Of a DNA stretch of 64,000 nt, positions 15,101-30,100 are shown piece after piece; position 1 is the stretch's first letter, and each line of letters begins with the position of its first letter. The position numbers were made by a program, and so were the translations under genes. Below the pieces are notes generated by a model. It saw nothing but the letters and a program-made list of their open reading frames with translations. It was not told the DNA's origin and did no database searches. The DNA lies in assembly GCA_002633005.1 (NCBI GenBank), contig NMRA01000087.1:625393-689392 (forward strand), read 5' to 3'. The DNA comes from Phoronis australis. Taxonomy: Eukaryota; Animalia; Phoronida.

Positions 15101-18100
15101 TGCCTTGATTCACCAAAATCATTACCAGTGGGGAATTCATTACACACTGTCATTGGCCGATTGAAAACTTGATGACATCTCAACATCGAAGTTTTCGAGG
15201 TTAGTCGGTGAATGACCAGATCTAAAGTTCCTGGTGTTATGACGTGACATAACATTTGCAGTGCTACTGTGATTCACATGAAGGCGCTGGCTGCGAAGGA
15301 ACGTACTGCCATGTGTTCATGCAGCAACTTTAAATTACATTTTGCATACTTTAGTACAAAGATGCCATTTTAAACACTACGTGTAAAATTGTTTTTGTCA
15401 TTCTCTCTTCCAGCTCCTGGTCACTGCCATGGGTCCCCCTGGAGGCGGCCGTAATGACATCTCCAGTCGGTTGACTCGTCACTTCAATGTAATTACCATT
15501 GATGAGTTTGACGACAGCACTCTGACACGTATATTTACATCCATTGTTGACTGGCATTTTGGCAAAGGATTCGATGCTGCTTTTGTGAGACTTGGAAAGG
15601 TGGGTTGGTTGTCAGTTTAATGTCTTGATTTTTTAGCTTTTGAAATTTTTGTGATAGTGATATTTATTTTTATTTACAAGGTATCAGGTAACACAATTTG
15701 ATTGGTATACCTCTCTTGAATTACAAACTAGTGAATCACCAAATCCATTGCCAAAAATACTGTGAAAATGACACGTGCACAAGACATTTTATGCATCACT
15801 ATTTTCATTTTCTTGTTGGTACCAAGTTTGATGAAGAATTTATAACAACAAAGAATTTTCAGGTAGAAATTTGTGTCAGAGCAAGTCATCTCAAATGCTA
15901 CGCAGAGACAGCCATTCTGCAAGGTGATGTACAATCACTACCTTACCTGACATCAACCTCTTATTTTCATTGACAAATACCCACTTCTGAAGATATCAAT
16001 ACTGACTCTTGTGTGCAATGAAAACTTGTTCATGTCTTTTTATCCTAGACCAACATCTTGATAGTTGACCTTTAACCATGTTTTTTCAGCTCATGGTGCA
16101 AGCGACCATGACGGTCTATCAGCAGGCGATTCACAACTTCCTTCCCACACCCACCAAGAGCCACTACGTTTTCAACTTGCGTGACTTTGCCCGTGTCATC
16201 TACGGCGTGCTATTGGTCCCAGCCACTCACATGGCAGAGAACGATAAGCTGATTCGACTGTGGATCCACGAGATCTATAGAGTGTTCTACGATCGCCTGA
16301 TTGATGATGCCGACAGGTTTGTGTTGATCATTTATAAAATGGATTCTACTTTTTTCTTGCGCAAAGACTTTCCTAAAAATTTGACAATTTACTTTTAGTG
16401 TCATGACATGCAAAGTTTAGAGAATTTAGATTTATTCACTATTTTAGTTGATTTAAATGTATTCACTGTTGTACCAGTTTAGCCCAACCGATGTGTGGTA
16501 AAATTTTATTTTCACACTCTCAATTGATGTAACTGATGTTAGCAATTTCAGTGACCACTCAGTGTTGTGATGGTCTTTCTTAGACTGACTTGATTTTGTG
16601 AGTGAAGTTATGAACATGAGAATGAACGTCCACACTAGCAATTTGTTTATAGTGGTGCAATGCAAGATGGGTCACTTTTTCACAATGATGAAGAATGTAT
16701 TTGTGCAAAAATTGTGATTCCGTTTAACCCAGCGATGGGTGAGCGCTTGCTTTTAATGCCATTATTTAAACATTACTATTATCTCCTGTGTGTCAGGGTT
16801 TGTGGTCTTAGGGAAATCGTAGGATGATTATGTAACAGGAATTCATGAGAAGTATGGGTCAGATTCTGCTATTTTCTTATTATAAATTGTGTTATTTTTT
16901 CTTCTTCAGAACTACATTCTTTTCCTTGATCAAAGAAACGTGTCAGAATTCCTTCAAGGTGAGCATGGACAAACTTCTTAGTCACCTGTCACCTTCAGGA
17001 ACTCTTGTCGACGACAACATTCGCAGCCTCTTCTTCGGCGACTACACCAACCCAGATGCCTCTGAGAAGATCTATGATGAGGTCACTGACCTCAAGGAAC
17101 TCACCACCACAATGGAAGGGTATGTTATGGCACCCGCTTGTGTCTGCAGTATTACAATAGATGGAGCTACATTGCTGCCGCTTGTCATAAGTTTCCTGAA
17201 CTAGTCTGAACTACTTGCCTTTGTAAGATGCTTTTCTCACTTAAGTTGTTAGGACAATTGAGGGTTTGACCAATTTCCTACTTCATTGCTGCCTGTTCTT
17301 TCTTTTTGTAACACTTCTATATTCTGTGAAATTTACATTTTAGTTCACTGTTTATTGAATTTTAGAATAAAAAGTAGTGATGTTCAAGAAAGTGATTCAA
17401 CTTCTTTTTTGAAATTTTTTGTACAATGTGAAATGTCTGATATTCATAATGTGTAACAGCATCCAAGTAAGGTATTACAGTGTTTTTTAATTATTTTGTT
17501 ATTTGTAACTATTAGGCTGAAACTATAGCAGCAACTATTCAGTTAGTTTGATATCGCTGCTGATAGTACAAAACATGGCTTATGTTCTTCATATGTCTGG
17601 TGATGAGTATAAACCGTGTAAACAAAGCTCTATATTCAGAGCTTAAGGGGAGAGCTGGGTTGGCAAAGATGGCCATTTATTATCAAATAACAATGGAAAT
17701 GATAATAAAATAGAGTCTGCAGAAAAGTGGGCATAGGAACAGTGCTACAAGAGGTTTCTGTGACAGCTTATGTCCTGCTATAAATACTGATGGTGTAAAA
17801 CATGATTTATGACCAAAACTGTAGGTGGCGCTCTGTGCTGCATTATAGTGTGATAAAGTAGTAAACATCAAGTTTAAAGTGAAGTACTAGCCATCAGACT
17901 CACATGTGGTTTGTTAACCGTTCCAGGTACCTGGCAGAATACAACTTAGTCAGCAAGGCGCCTATGTCACTGGTAATGTTCAAATTTGCCATTGAACACA
18001 TCTCACGAGTGTCTCGCATCCTGAAGCAGGACAATGGACATGCTCTGTTGGCAGGTATGTGGTTGGAAAATGTGCAAGACTGACTGCCCCGTAAACAGGG

Positions 18101-21100
18101 GAAGTTGTGTCCTGTGTGTGGCTATGGGTCAGCATTCTCTCCAAAATTGATGAGTATATACATTTTCTAAGTGTATTTAAAAGTTTTGAACTTGTGTGGG
18201 TTGAGTTAGCAGCTTATTTCATTTCCAAACAGCAGCTTAATAGTAAATTGAATAATTTTGTGTTGTTTTCAGCTTCAAATTTGTGAATGAATGAAAATAA
18301 TGAAGAGAATGAAAATTGGCTGTGTTTCAATGGAGTGGCATCAGCCTGTATTATCTTGCGTTTTCATGTTTTTTTAACAGGTATTGGTGGCAGTGGTCGA
18401 CAAAGTGCCACCAAACTAGCCACGTTCATGGCTGACTATGATCTGTTCAGCATTGAGATCACCAAGAATTATGGCGTCAATGAGTGGCGGGATGACTTGA
18501 AAAAGGTAAGACCATAGAACAGTTTAACGATGTCAGTGTAGTTTTGCAAAGAAAAGGGGCTTCTCATACATTGGATTCATGTTTTGCCAGTTTTGGATGT
18601 GAAAATCAGTCTCAGTTAAAGCTACATTTTGCCCTGTTTAGCTGGCTAAAATATGAAAGTTGAATTGGGCCTTTTACTCTGTAAAACTGGTCCTGTATTA
18701 GTCCTTTTCATGATTGGATTCTGTTTCTGTTACCAACACGATAACATCTCGGAGTTAATTGGTCCTGGCCGACCGCTATAAATTACGGATTCAAAAAGGT
18801 GCATCTATGCATTGCCTGTGACTTTAGTTGTCGATGCATTTGGCAATAATTCAAGATCGGATTAGTGTTGTAATGCTTTTAAACCCCAAAGCACTTTGCT
18901 TAACAATTCAGTGTTGCCAGCTAAACAGGGACGAAATGCTATACCTGATAATTAAGGATTTTGCTATCAGGGATTTCTTTGAAACATTAGTCACATGACT
19001 TTTGTGTTTGATTTTTAAATTATCAAAAGGAAGTGACAGTGATAAAAATTTGGTAGACCACTCTCTCGCTGTCTTCTTAAATGTATGATGAATGGTAGCT
19101 GCAATATAGTGTTTGTTCCTCTTTAGTTTACGGTGAAATGTCATCAATTTTGAACTAAAATGAATTATGTAGTTGCTAGAATCACGCTAGTTTTCTCATT
19201 TTTCAAAAGCTTGTGTGAATCAATGCAGTTGTTCAAAAGATTGTCTGATGATAGCTGTGGTAATGGAAATGTTCAAGCTTTACTTATGAAAAATGATCAA
19301 TAAACGAAATATCACTTGACTGCCGTATTGTGACCTAAATTGGTCAGATTTTACCGTTGGTGCTGTTAGTGCCTTAGAAAGAATGGGTAAATGGTAAAAC
19401 CACCAGCACCACCGCTTTACCAGCATCACCTGAGGATTTATGGCAGAATGTTTACTTTTCGTCCATTCCTTCTGCAGCTCCTCATAAAGGCAGGTACAGA
19501 GGGTCGTCCAACTGTGTTCCTGTTCTCGGACAATCAGATCAAGAGTGAGTCATTCATGGAGGACATATCCATGATTCTCAACACAGGTGATGTGCCCAAC
19601 CTCTACCCTGCAGACGAGAAGGCAGAAATTATTGAGAAGATGCAGACTGTAGCCAGGAATGAGGTATGGTGGCTGTAGAACAACGCTACTGGTACTTTAG
19701 TTGGTGGTGGGTAGTGGCTATAGAACAATGCTGCTGAATCCTTGTTTGATTGAGCACATTGAGTAGAATTGGTTTGAAGACGTGGGTTGATGTTTCTACT
19801 GCTTAAGAGTGTTTAACAGTACATGATTAACTTGTGTGAAGCTAGACTAACAGCATATTGTGGTTTTACATAACATTGTTTAATCCCATAAATTTCCTGT
19901 GTGATTATCATTCACAAATTTTCCCGAGTGATATGTCAATTTCCAGTTTTAAAATAGTCAGTTCTTACTGATATCACTTGTCTTTAGTTGAATACTATGA
20001 AGACATTTGGAATACAAACCGTGAGTGAATACTTAATCTCGCCCTCTTCACTATTCATCTAATACCCGTTCGTTCTGTGACATTCGTACTTAAGAACATC
20101 CTGCTTAATGACACCTTTCTATTTTTGTGCACATTTGATAAAAACCAATTACTGTCTAATATCAGAGTCAGACTCTCTAAAACACAAAGGTCATAAATCA
20201 ACTTTTATTTTCGACCTCTTGTAAGTAATAATGGGGTGTTCACATGGTACTATAATGTTCTGGCATTTTTATAACACATTTAAGAAAATTTAAAGAATTT
20301 TTAGTCGCACGCCTTTTATTTATCGGTATGTCAGAATGTGCCCAAAAATAGTCATTAATTCTCTTGTCCATAATGTTACATATGTTCTGTTCCATACTAA
20401 ACTTGAAGCTCACAAGCGTCTCTTGCTTGCTAGTAAACTATGCGTAATGTTAGATGAAGCTCCTGATCCATACTCAATGTTTGGATCATTGATTGTAAAA
20501 ATATTGGGAGTTAACACCCCAAGGTATCATTTTCACCATTAAATGGTTTTCCAGCTACTTGCTATTGAAAATGCACTGAAATTGTGTCCATGCTGAAACT
20601 TTGTTTTCACTACTACGCTAATTCTTCATTTTTTAAGCACAGACAATAACCAACTAGTGAAATTTTGTTTTATCAAATTCCTCCACATAAATAAAGACTA
20701 AGAAAGACTTAGTATATTACTAGCCTGGTTTGTACTGTGTATAAAACATCTTTTGATAAATTTTCCATTTTTCACAGTAAAGTAGTCAGCCTTTGAAACA
20801 TGGAAAAGGATAGTTTCAGCAATTACCATTTTTGTGCAAAAATGAGTGAAGAGTCACTGTAGTAATACATCTTTCAGCTATTTAGTGTTGCATTATCATT
20901 TATGTACTAAGCCCTTAAAAACACTAACTGGACTTTGGGGTAACAGTTTTGTCTTTAAGACGGACTCGAGTCTCTTGCTGATTTTACTCACTTCTTGTAC
21001 AGAGGTTCAAAAAGGAGAGGGCTTCCTCCCTGCAGGTGGCACCACCCACCTCTGACGAGACAACCACCGTAAATACTCTCGTTAGAACGCTTTCTTCCCC

Positions 21101-24100
21101 CTGCATACCCATGTAATCATGCTTTTGTTTCTTTCTTGTATTCTCCCTCTAATCTGACAGTGAGTTTAGCATGTTAACCACAGTTTAATTGTTTGACCTC
21201 GTTTGCATGCTGACAGGAGCGCGCTATCATCACCAAACATGGTCGCTATTCAAAAGAACACAATGAATTTCGGGTGATTTTTATAACAATGAATGCAGTG
21301 CATGTTTTAGTTCTTGTGATTTTTTATGATTTGTATCTTTTGGAACATTGGTTTGTCAGGTTTTCGGGGAATGATTACCTACTGCATTACTTAATATTAT
21401 AAGTCACGTTGCACTAAAATTTTTGTTGCATGGCGGTTCGTTGTTTAGAGTGAGTCATGTGATAACTTCTGTTTAGGATTACACAGTTATTTGTTTCAGA
21501 ATGTTGCATGAACATATTATAATTATTGACTTGAACATTGGCTGAATGAGTTGACTATTTTTACGTAATTAATCTTGTATAAAGTGGACCTATTGTTAAT
21601 CTTTTACTGAATAACATTTTTGTTAGTTTTAGCGGATCGTTTGAAAGTAACTCGTTCTGGTAATTCAACATTCATTTTTTAGAATTGTCGCGTTATTGCA
21701 TAACATTTGTTATTAGCATGATGCAAGCCATGTTATCATGATATTTTGATAACAACAACTTATTGTAATAATATATAGGGTAAGAAGATGGAAGCAACTC
21801 CTCTGGCCATGTATAACTTCTTCATCGAGCGCGTGCGTATGAACCTTCACATTGTGCTGGCTATGAGCCCAATTGGTGACGCGTTCAGGAACCGTCTCCG
21901 TATGTTCCCGTCTCTCATCAACTGCTGTACTATCGACTGGTTCCAGGTAGGTAAAGAAGGAAAACAGCGGTAAAATTTTGTGGATGCAGATGTGACACCC
22001 ATAATCATGGTAACCATTCTTCTGTTTAGAACACAGTATTTTTTGTTGTCAGTTTCTCAACAAAACTAAACATTGGTAAAATTTTACATTTGAAATAGTT
22101 TGCATTTTGAGGATCTCATAAAACAACACTTGGTTAATGGTTGGTTATTTTTAAACTACAATATGCTTTGAAAAACAAAGAAATGGCCATTTTGGCAATT
22201 AATTTTGTTTTGATCAGATAAACTTTGTTGTGCATTCATTGAATTCGGGTTTAAACTTTATACTGTAAGCTAATCTGAACTCGTGATTGGTTTGTTGTAT
22301 TTGTGTAGGCGTGGCCTGAGGATGCCCTGGAGATGGTGGCCAATAAATTCCTAGAAGAGATTGACCTTGACGATGACATCAAGAAGTCATGTGTACTGCT
22401 GTGCAAGTCATTCCATGAGAGTGTCAGGAATATGTCGGCTAGGTGAATGTCTTGAATTAGTTTTTTAAGCACTGTAAAGGACTGACAATTCATTAGTTAT
22501 TGATTGTGAAGCAAAGGTCCCACATGTAGCAGTAATTTTATTTGAATTATGTGGGATTTTTATCTTTACGAATGCCTCCATGCTGGTAAACAACTTTCTG
22601 TTCTTGGTTTAGTTAGATGATATGGCTTGTTCATGCAAATCTTTTAGGCCTTTTTTTCTGAAAATTTTTATTTGAATGGAGAAAGTTAATAATTCCGCAA
22701 GTTTTGTATTCATCAAATAAACTTTCAATATTCTTGGAAAAATGTGCAAAGAAATTCTGCAAAAATATACTGGTTTTTATAAACATCTTTTTTTCACCAA
22801 TGAATAGCAAGTCACCCATTATGTTGTTGACCATACATTCCATGGTTGCTATGGAGATGCACTTGCAGTGCTTTTACCAAATGGCAAATCTGCTATGTTG
22901 CAATCAAAAACAACGCAGTTCTCTTTATGTGAGTTAAGAGTAGAAAAATGTCCTCATGTCATTTGTATTTAAGATTTGCTAAGTATTTTATTCTCCACGT
23001 GTTTGTTGTCCAATGCAGGTATTTTGACATATTGCGGCGTCACAACTATGTCACGCCCACATCTTACCTGGAACTGATTCTTACCTTCAAAAACTTGCTG
23101 GGCCTCAAGCGGACAGAAATAATGAAGCTCAAAAACAGATACCTGACAGGTCTTGAGAAACTGGAGTTTGCTGCGTCACAGGTGAGGTCTACAGTACAAG
23201 ACAAATGTAGTCAGACAAAATATCGTTACCCGTCATGACTTCTAATTATGTTAATGCAAAAATCATTGGCAAAGCTATTAGGCTGGCAAAATTCTAATTA
23301 CAGAATGACTTCCCCACCTTACTTACATTCCTGTTAATTCTCCTTCATTCTCAGTCATCAGGGGAGACTACTCTGACTATGAGTTCAGTTTCCACCCAGT
23401 CATCATGATGAGAAATTCTAGGTTATCTTGTTTGAGAATACTTTTGGCTTGTATTGTAATTCTGTCGCCAATTAGTATTTTGCTGTTCTGATCTCTGGAT
23501 TCAACTGAAACATTACCTGAGACTTAAGTGTGTTAACTGACTCCCCAGAAGAACCAGTCACCCCTACTTACCTTATGGTGCATTCTCAAATTGCTATAAC
23601 TTGTAATTCTCAGATATTGTACACCAAATCAGCTCCAGCTGATGCACAAATAAACATCAAACTTTACTAAGTTCCATCGGTGAACATTACGGATCTTGAT
23701 ATTACCCGTATGTCAGGGTGTGCTGGGTCCATTTTTGCCCTTTTTAAACATTTTTTCACCTTAAATCAGTGTGGATACTTGACCTGTTGTAAGTCTGGTG
23801 CTACGCCTACTACTAATTCCAAAAGTAGGCAGTAGAATTGTGACTCCTAATTGTAAGTGGCTGTGCTGCATACCATTTAAATGATTGTTGCCTTTAAGTA
23901 TTTTAAAATTAAATTTCCGAAGCATATACATAGTTGTTTTTTTTTTATTTAAACAAGTTTGTGGTCTTTGTCTGTACCATACAAATTTTACCTTCCCCTC
24001 AGGTGTCTGTCATGCAACAAGAACTGACTGACCTTCAGCCAGAGTTGATCAAGACGTCTGCTGATACAGAAAAGTTGATGGTGAAAATTGAGCAGGAGAC

Positions 24101-27100
24101 AGTAGAAGTGGAGGCTCAGAAAGAGGTATGGTGGATGGTTCAGATTTGCTTATATTTTTTTAGATATTTTGCATGTGTCTCCAGTGTGTTGTAACTAAGG
24201 TATTGTTTCCAATGGAAATGGTTGTAAAATTGCCTGGTAACTCAGAAAATTTTACTGTGCTTATTGATGTTCGGTGCCCACTTTGGGGTCGAGCCAGATT
24301 TGTGCATTGAAACCCTTTCAAGCAACTTAAAGTTCGTCACAAGTATTTCTATCGGTTTTGCTTCTGATTGATAATGGTCATATGAAATTGTGTGATCAGG
24401 CGACCTCTGACCTTGTTACGTGGCTGTTAAGTTATGCTATACATTGAACAAATACTAGCATTCAGTGTTATCGTTTCATACATCTAGGTCGTTGCTGCTG
24501 ATGAAGCCGTAGCCAATGAGGCGGCAGCAGCTGCCCAGGCCATCAAGGACGAGTGTGAAGGTGACCTTGCTGAGGCCATTCCTGCTCTGGAGGCGGCCAT
24601 TTCCGCTTTAAATACTCTCAAACCCAGTGACATTACCCTGGTCAAGTCCATGAAGGTAAGGGGAAACGTCAAATTTTTTTAATGTTAATATGAACTTTTG
24701 TGTGTGTTGTCACAGGGAGAAATATTTGATATTTACTGTCTCTGCTGTTAAATTATGGCTAACGTGTCAATTTTTAACCCCGTTTACATCACTGGCCAAG
24801 GTTCATGGATTGAAATAAGTCGGGTTTCACTGTTAATTAAGATATTAGTTGTTTTCAGAAAAAAATATTGCTCCAATGGATCTCCCTGAAACAATGAGAC
24901 AGCTAGTATGTCAGGTTTTCCAACTGTTGAGAGATTGCACAGTTACAATAATGGAACTGACAAAAAAATGCGTCCAAGTTGTTAATTCACATAAAGTGCC
25001 TTCTTTGGTCATAGTCTATATAAAACTAGGTACATTGAGCTCAGATTTTAGAAATTCCAGTGGACTTGTTTTTTGGTAGGCCATAGATGTAGCTGGCTGC
25101 CTGAACAGTAGTGACCCCTGTGGTTTGTTGTAGAATCCTCCACCAGCTGTGAAGCTAGTCATGGAGTCCATATGTGTCATGCTGGGAAGCAAATCGGAGA
25201 GGAAACCTGACCCAAATGGCTCTGGCAAGATGATTGAGGATTACTGGGGACCATCTCAAAAATTACTTGGCGATATGAAGTTCCTGGACCGTCTGAAAAC
25301 TTATGACAAAGACAACATTCCTCCAGCAATTATGAAGAAAATTCGTACAACGTTAGTTTTGACTTAGAATTTGGTGTTTGTTCATTAAGTTTGCATGCTT
25401 TTTCAAGAACAAATATATATGTGGTATTTGAATCAAATTTAGCTCAATTCCATTTATACAATCTGCACCCACCATTACAGATGATGGTCACTACATTCTT
25501 ATCATAGTTAACTTTTTTGTCTCGTGTACAGCCCATTAACACTATATGATGGGATATCTTTAGGTAGGATATTTTGGGTTTTGAGGTAATTATACATTGG
25601 TTTAGCCATGTTATCATTTTCAAGTTCTCTTTTCTGATGACAGTCTGAGCCTGGTACTCTAACAATGTCCTCTTGCCTAACAGGTACATAAGTAATAAAG
25701 AGTTTGACCCAGTGCTCATCAAGAATGCGTCGACTGCGTGCGAGGGTCTGTGTAAGTGGGTCAAGGCCATGGACATCTACGACAACGTGGCCAAGGTGGT
25801 GGCACCGAAGAAGGCAAAACTGAAAGAGGCAGAGGAGGAGCTGGCGGTGCAGATGGCCAAGTTGAATGAGAAGAGGGCGCAGTTGAAAGAGGTCAGTGTC
25901 ATGGGCTGTAGGCTGCATTGTGGGTCTAGTGGATGGGTGAAATATTGTTGTTTAATGCCTTGTTACAATTTACAGGCCTTGTGTGAAGGAAGCACAATTT
26001 GTTGCCTCTCTGCAAAACTGACGAAATTGGAATACTGTCAAATTCTGCTATGGTTTGGTCACTGAGATTATCTTAAGCTTTTGTGTCACTTAACAGTGAT
26101 TTTTTTTTCATAGCATGAAGTGGACACTAAATTGGTGTGCGGTGTTCAGGTCTACTTTTGAGCGTGTACTTAACTTTATAAATTTTATTTAACCTTACAT
26201 TTGATACATCCATGAGAAGACGCTTATTGGTTATTTTTTGGTTGTTCATTTTAACTGTAAGAAATTCATATTATGTTAAACATTTCAGGTTGTTGACAAA
26301 CTGCAAAATCTAAATGACGAATTTGAAGCCATGACACAGAAAAAGAAGGATCTTGAAGACAACATTGAACTGTGTTCCCAGAAGCTCGACCGTGCTGAGA
26401 AGTTGATCGGCGGATTGGGTGGTGAAAAGGATCGTTGGACTCAGTCTGCCAAAGAACTTGGAGAAAAATACGTCTTCATAACTGGAGATGTTCTTCTCAG
26501 TGCTGGCGTGGTGGCTTACCTTGGGGCTTTCACAGTTGATTTCAGAAATGTAAGTCATGTCAAGTACTTAAGATTAGTCTACACTTACTGTCAGATTTTG
26601 CCGAATGTCTTTTAGGAAACGAATGTCTACTTAATTATGAAAAACTCATTGTTGTCCCTTATGACAAATATTGCTATTAATTTTTAATCGATTACTTAGA
26701 AATGAGTAATAATATGCAGTTGGACTTGCGTAGTATGAATTACTGATCATCATTTTTGTTAACTCTCCAGGAGTGTACAACAGAATGGCATTCTGCATGC
26801 ATTAGTAATGAGATCCCCTGCTCACCAGTATTCTCACTGAACCTGACGCTCGGGGAGCCAGTCAAGATTCGTGCCTGGCAGATCGCTGGCCTACCAGTGG
26901 ATTCCTTCAGTATTGACAATGGTATCATTGTCTCAAACTCGCGCAGGTGGCCGCTGATGATTGACCCTCAAGGTATATTTACTGAAAAATATTAAGACAC
27001 TTTTGTAAAAGTGATCAGTGCACGTGGGATCAATTTATAACCATCTGATCGGAGCAGACTCTTGCTCGTCAGTTGCTATTCACAGGATTGCCAGTGTAAA

Positions 27101-30100
27101 ATGTCTAAGTTCTTTTAGACGTACTTCAACCTTTTTCCCCTGTAGATTTTTCACTGAATGGCCATGAAGTAGTAGTAACATTTTCTGCCTGTAATCCAGA
27201 CTAACATTTGGTTGAAGAACTTTGAGAAAGAGAAGCCTATGTGCAGAATTAAATTGTTTGTTACTGTTTTACAAAAATATGTGATGTGCATCGTCCATAA
27301 AGCTTTAAAAGGAGAATAAATGCTTAACTAAAAGTTTCTGCTTGCAGTAATGATCGTCATCTGTTCAGCACACAATATACCAAAAAGGTTAAATTGTATC
27401 TTCTTGGAAATTTCAACAAAAGTAAAGAAATTTAGTCTGTTGTCGGCTTTGTTTGTGGTGATGTCTTAAAACATGTTGTTTTTTTTAAGTTTCCATTACT
27501 TGTAGCAAAGTAATCTGCCTTTGAAAAATAAAAAATCACAATACTAGCAATTGTTTATGCGCAGAATAAGGGAAGAAATACAATAGTAAGGAAAAAATAT
27601 TATAAAAAAAATAATAATTGCCGGCGGTCTGATACACGTTGTACCAGACGTGCGCAGGTCTCGCATGTGGGCCCATTGCACTGATCACCTGGAAATATTT
27701 TTATGCTTTATTGATATATGGTTAAAACCGAGCTGAGGAGCTAGAAACCTGGCTCAAGGGTTTAGCAGTGTGACCTGGTAGGACTTGAACCCACGACCTC
27801 GAGTAAAGAAATCGGGCACTTATCAACCAGGCCACACTGCCTCCTCTGAAAAAAAATATTAAGATGTGTTTCATTTATTTCAATTTATTCAGGTCAGGCC
27901 AACAAATGGGTGAAGAACATGGAGCGTGAGAACAAGATGCAGGTGATCAAGCTGTCTGATCCCGGCTACGTGCGCACGCTGGAAAATGCCATCCAGTTTG
28001 GCACCCCCGTGCTGTTGGAGAGTCTGGGGGAAGAGCTCGACCCCATCCTGGAGCCCATTCTTCAGAAGTTAACGTTCAAGTCGGGTGGTGTGGAGATGAT
28101 GAAGCTAGGCGAGAACTTGATTGAATACTCGCACGATTTCAAGTTCTACATGACGACAAGGCTGAGGAACCCTCACTACCTGCCGGAGGTGTCAGTCAAG
28201 GTAGGTTTCGGGAGAGGTTGGCAAGGTTGTAGAAGAAATGGGGGAGGGAAGAAGGGGGAGAGAAGATGCAAATTTGAGTTTCTTATCAGGTTTCTGTCGG
28301 AAATCTAGAGCAGAGGTGAAAATGTGGTAGATATTAATATGTGAACAAAGTAGGGAACGAGATAACGTGGGAGAGTGGGAGGGAAAGAACAGACAGAGTG
28401 TCTGAGACTGCAGAAGCCAATCTGTTAAAATGTGTATTGGGTAGCAGTCTTAACATGCTGACAGGTCACTGTTTTCTCTTTTTTGGGCTTCTCAGGTAGA
28501 CAACTTTATCCTTAAACTCACGTAACACCACATTGCTGCCCTTGTTACAGGTGTGCCTGTTGAACTTCATGATCACGCCCCAAGGTCTGGAAGATCAATT
28601 GCTGGGTATTGTGGCTGCCAAGGAGAAGCCAGAGCTGGAGGAGAAGAAGAACCTCTTGATCTTGGAAGGTGCCGCTAACAAGAAACAGATGAAGGAGATT
28701 GAGGACAAAATTCTGGAAGTTCTCTCTTCCTCGCAGGTGTGTACAGGAACTGTGTGGCTGATGTGAAGATGAACTTTGATATTTGCTTGTTGGTTTTACT
28801 CATCTGCTAGTTGTCCCAGTAGGCCAAATTGCTATCAAATATGTTGAGCAATAATTTTGGACAACGTGAAATTTGCTAACGTCTCTAATAATTGGGACCG
28901 TGTCCATAATTATGAAACAAATGGAATCTGTATGAGGTTATAACTAATTCACTGCACCTGAAACATATTTACTCACAGCAGTTATTCCTCACCAAGATAT
29001 TGGTTTCCCTCAACTGTTCATACTTGTTACAGGGCAACATCCTTGAAGATGAGACCGCCATCAAGATCCTGTCTTCATCTAAGGTCCTGTCAGAAGAGAT
29101 TGCCGCCAAACAGGAGATTGCCACAGCAACCGAGAAGGAGATTGACGAGACCCGCAGTGGGTACATGCCGGTGGCCAAACATTCGTCCATTCTCTTTTTC
29201 TGCATCTCTGACCTGGCAAACATCGAACCTATGTATCAGTACTCACTGGCTTGGTTCATTAACCTCTATAACCAGGTAATGGTCAGTTGGGAGTAAGCTA
29301 ATGACTTTTGTTCTGTGAGTCTGTCTTGGAGAATATTGAGCCAGTAACTGCATTGTGTTGTAGAGCTGTCAACAGACCAGCTTTAGCAAAATAGTTACAA
29401 CCAACTTAGCAGCAAAATGTTGTCTCTGTAACCCGTGAAATCACTTTTTACACGTTGGGACTCAGTCTGGGTACAATGAAGAAGGAAAATTAGAGAGCAT
29501 TCAAAGGCATCTGTTGGTTGCCACATTCTTAGATTGAGCTATATCTATGGCTTTTATAATAATTATCTAACCTTTGAGTATTTGTACTTCTATTAATTCA
29601 ATGAAAAAAATCTGTTTAATTTGCTTGAAAACTTGCTTTGTGGAAACAGACTAGTTGGGGTATCAAAACCTTTTGCGATTTTACAAATTTGTCTTGCAAT
29701 ACTAAAAATTAAATGTTACTTTTGTTGTAGTCCATCATCAACAGTGATCCTTCCTCAGACTTGGACGAACGCATTGAGAACTTGAACGACCACTTTACCA
29801 ATAGCATCTACCGCAACGTGTGCCGATCTCTGTTTGAGAAGGATAAACTTCTCTTTTCCTTCGTCATGTGTATTGGGATCTTAAAGGGGAGGTATGTATG
29901 TATGCAGTAGACTGTAGGGGAAGAAAAAAACAAATTTTCAGCAGCAGGAAAAAAATGAATCTGGTCACAGTGGAGAAATTACATTTGTTTGGATTAATTT
30001 TATTAAGAACAAAAAAAGCAAATATGAGCATATCGATATGTTGTCTTGAACATTGCTTTTATTTTTGGCAAAAAGAACCTTTTTTCAAGAGTACAAAATG

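Noticed and set aside
27770-27846. tRNA gene on the minus strand
   Set aside because: A and B boxes are present but I cannot fold acceptor and anticodon stems, and it continues into a body shared with another repeat copy.
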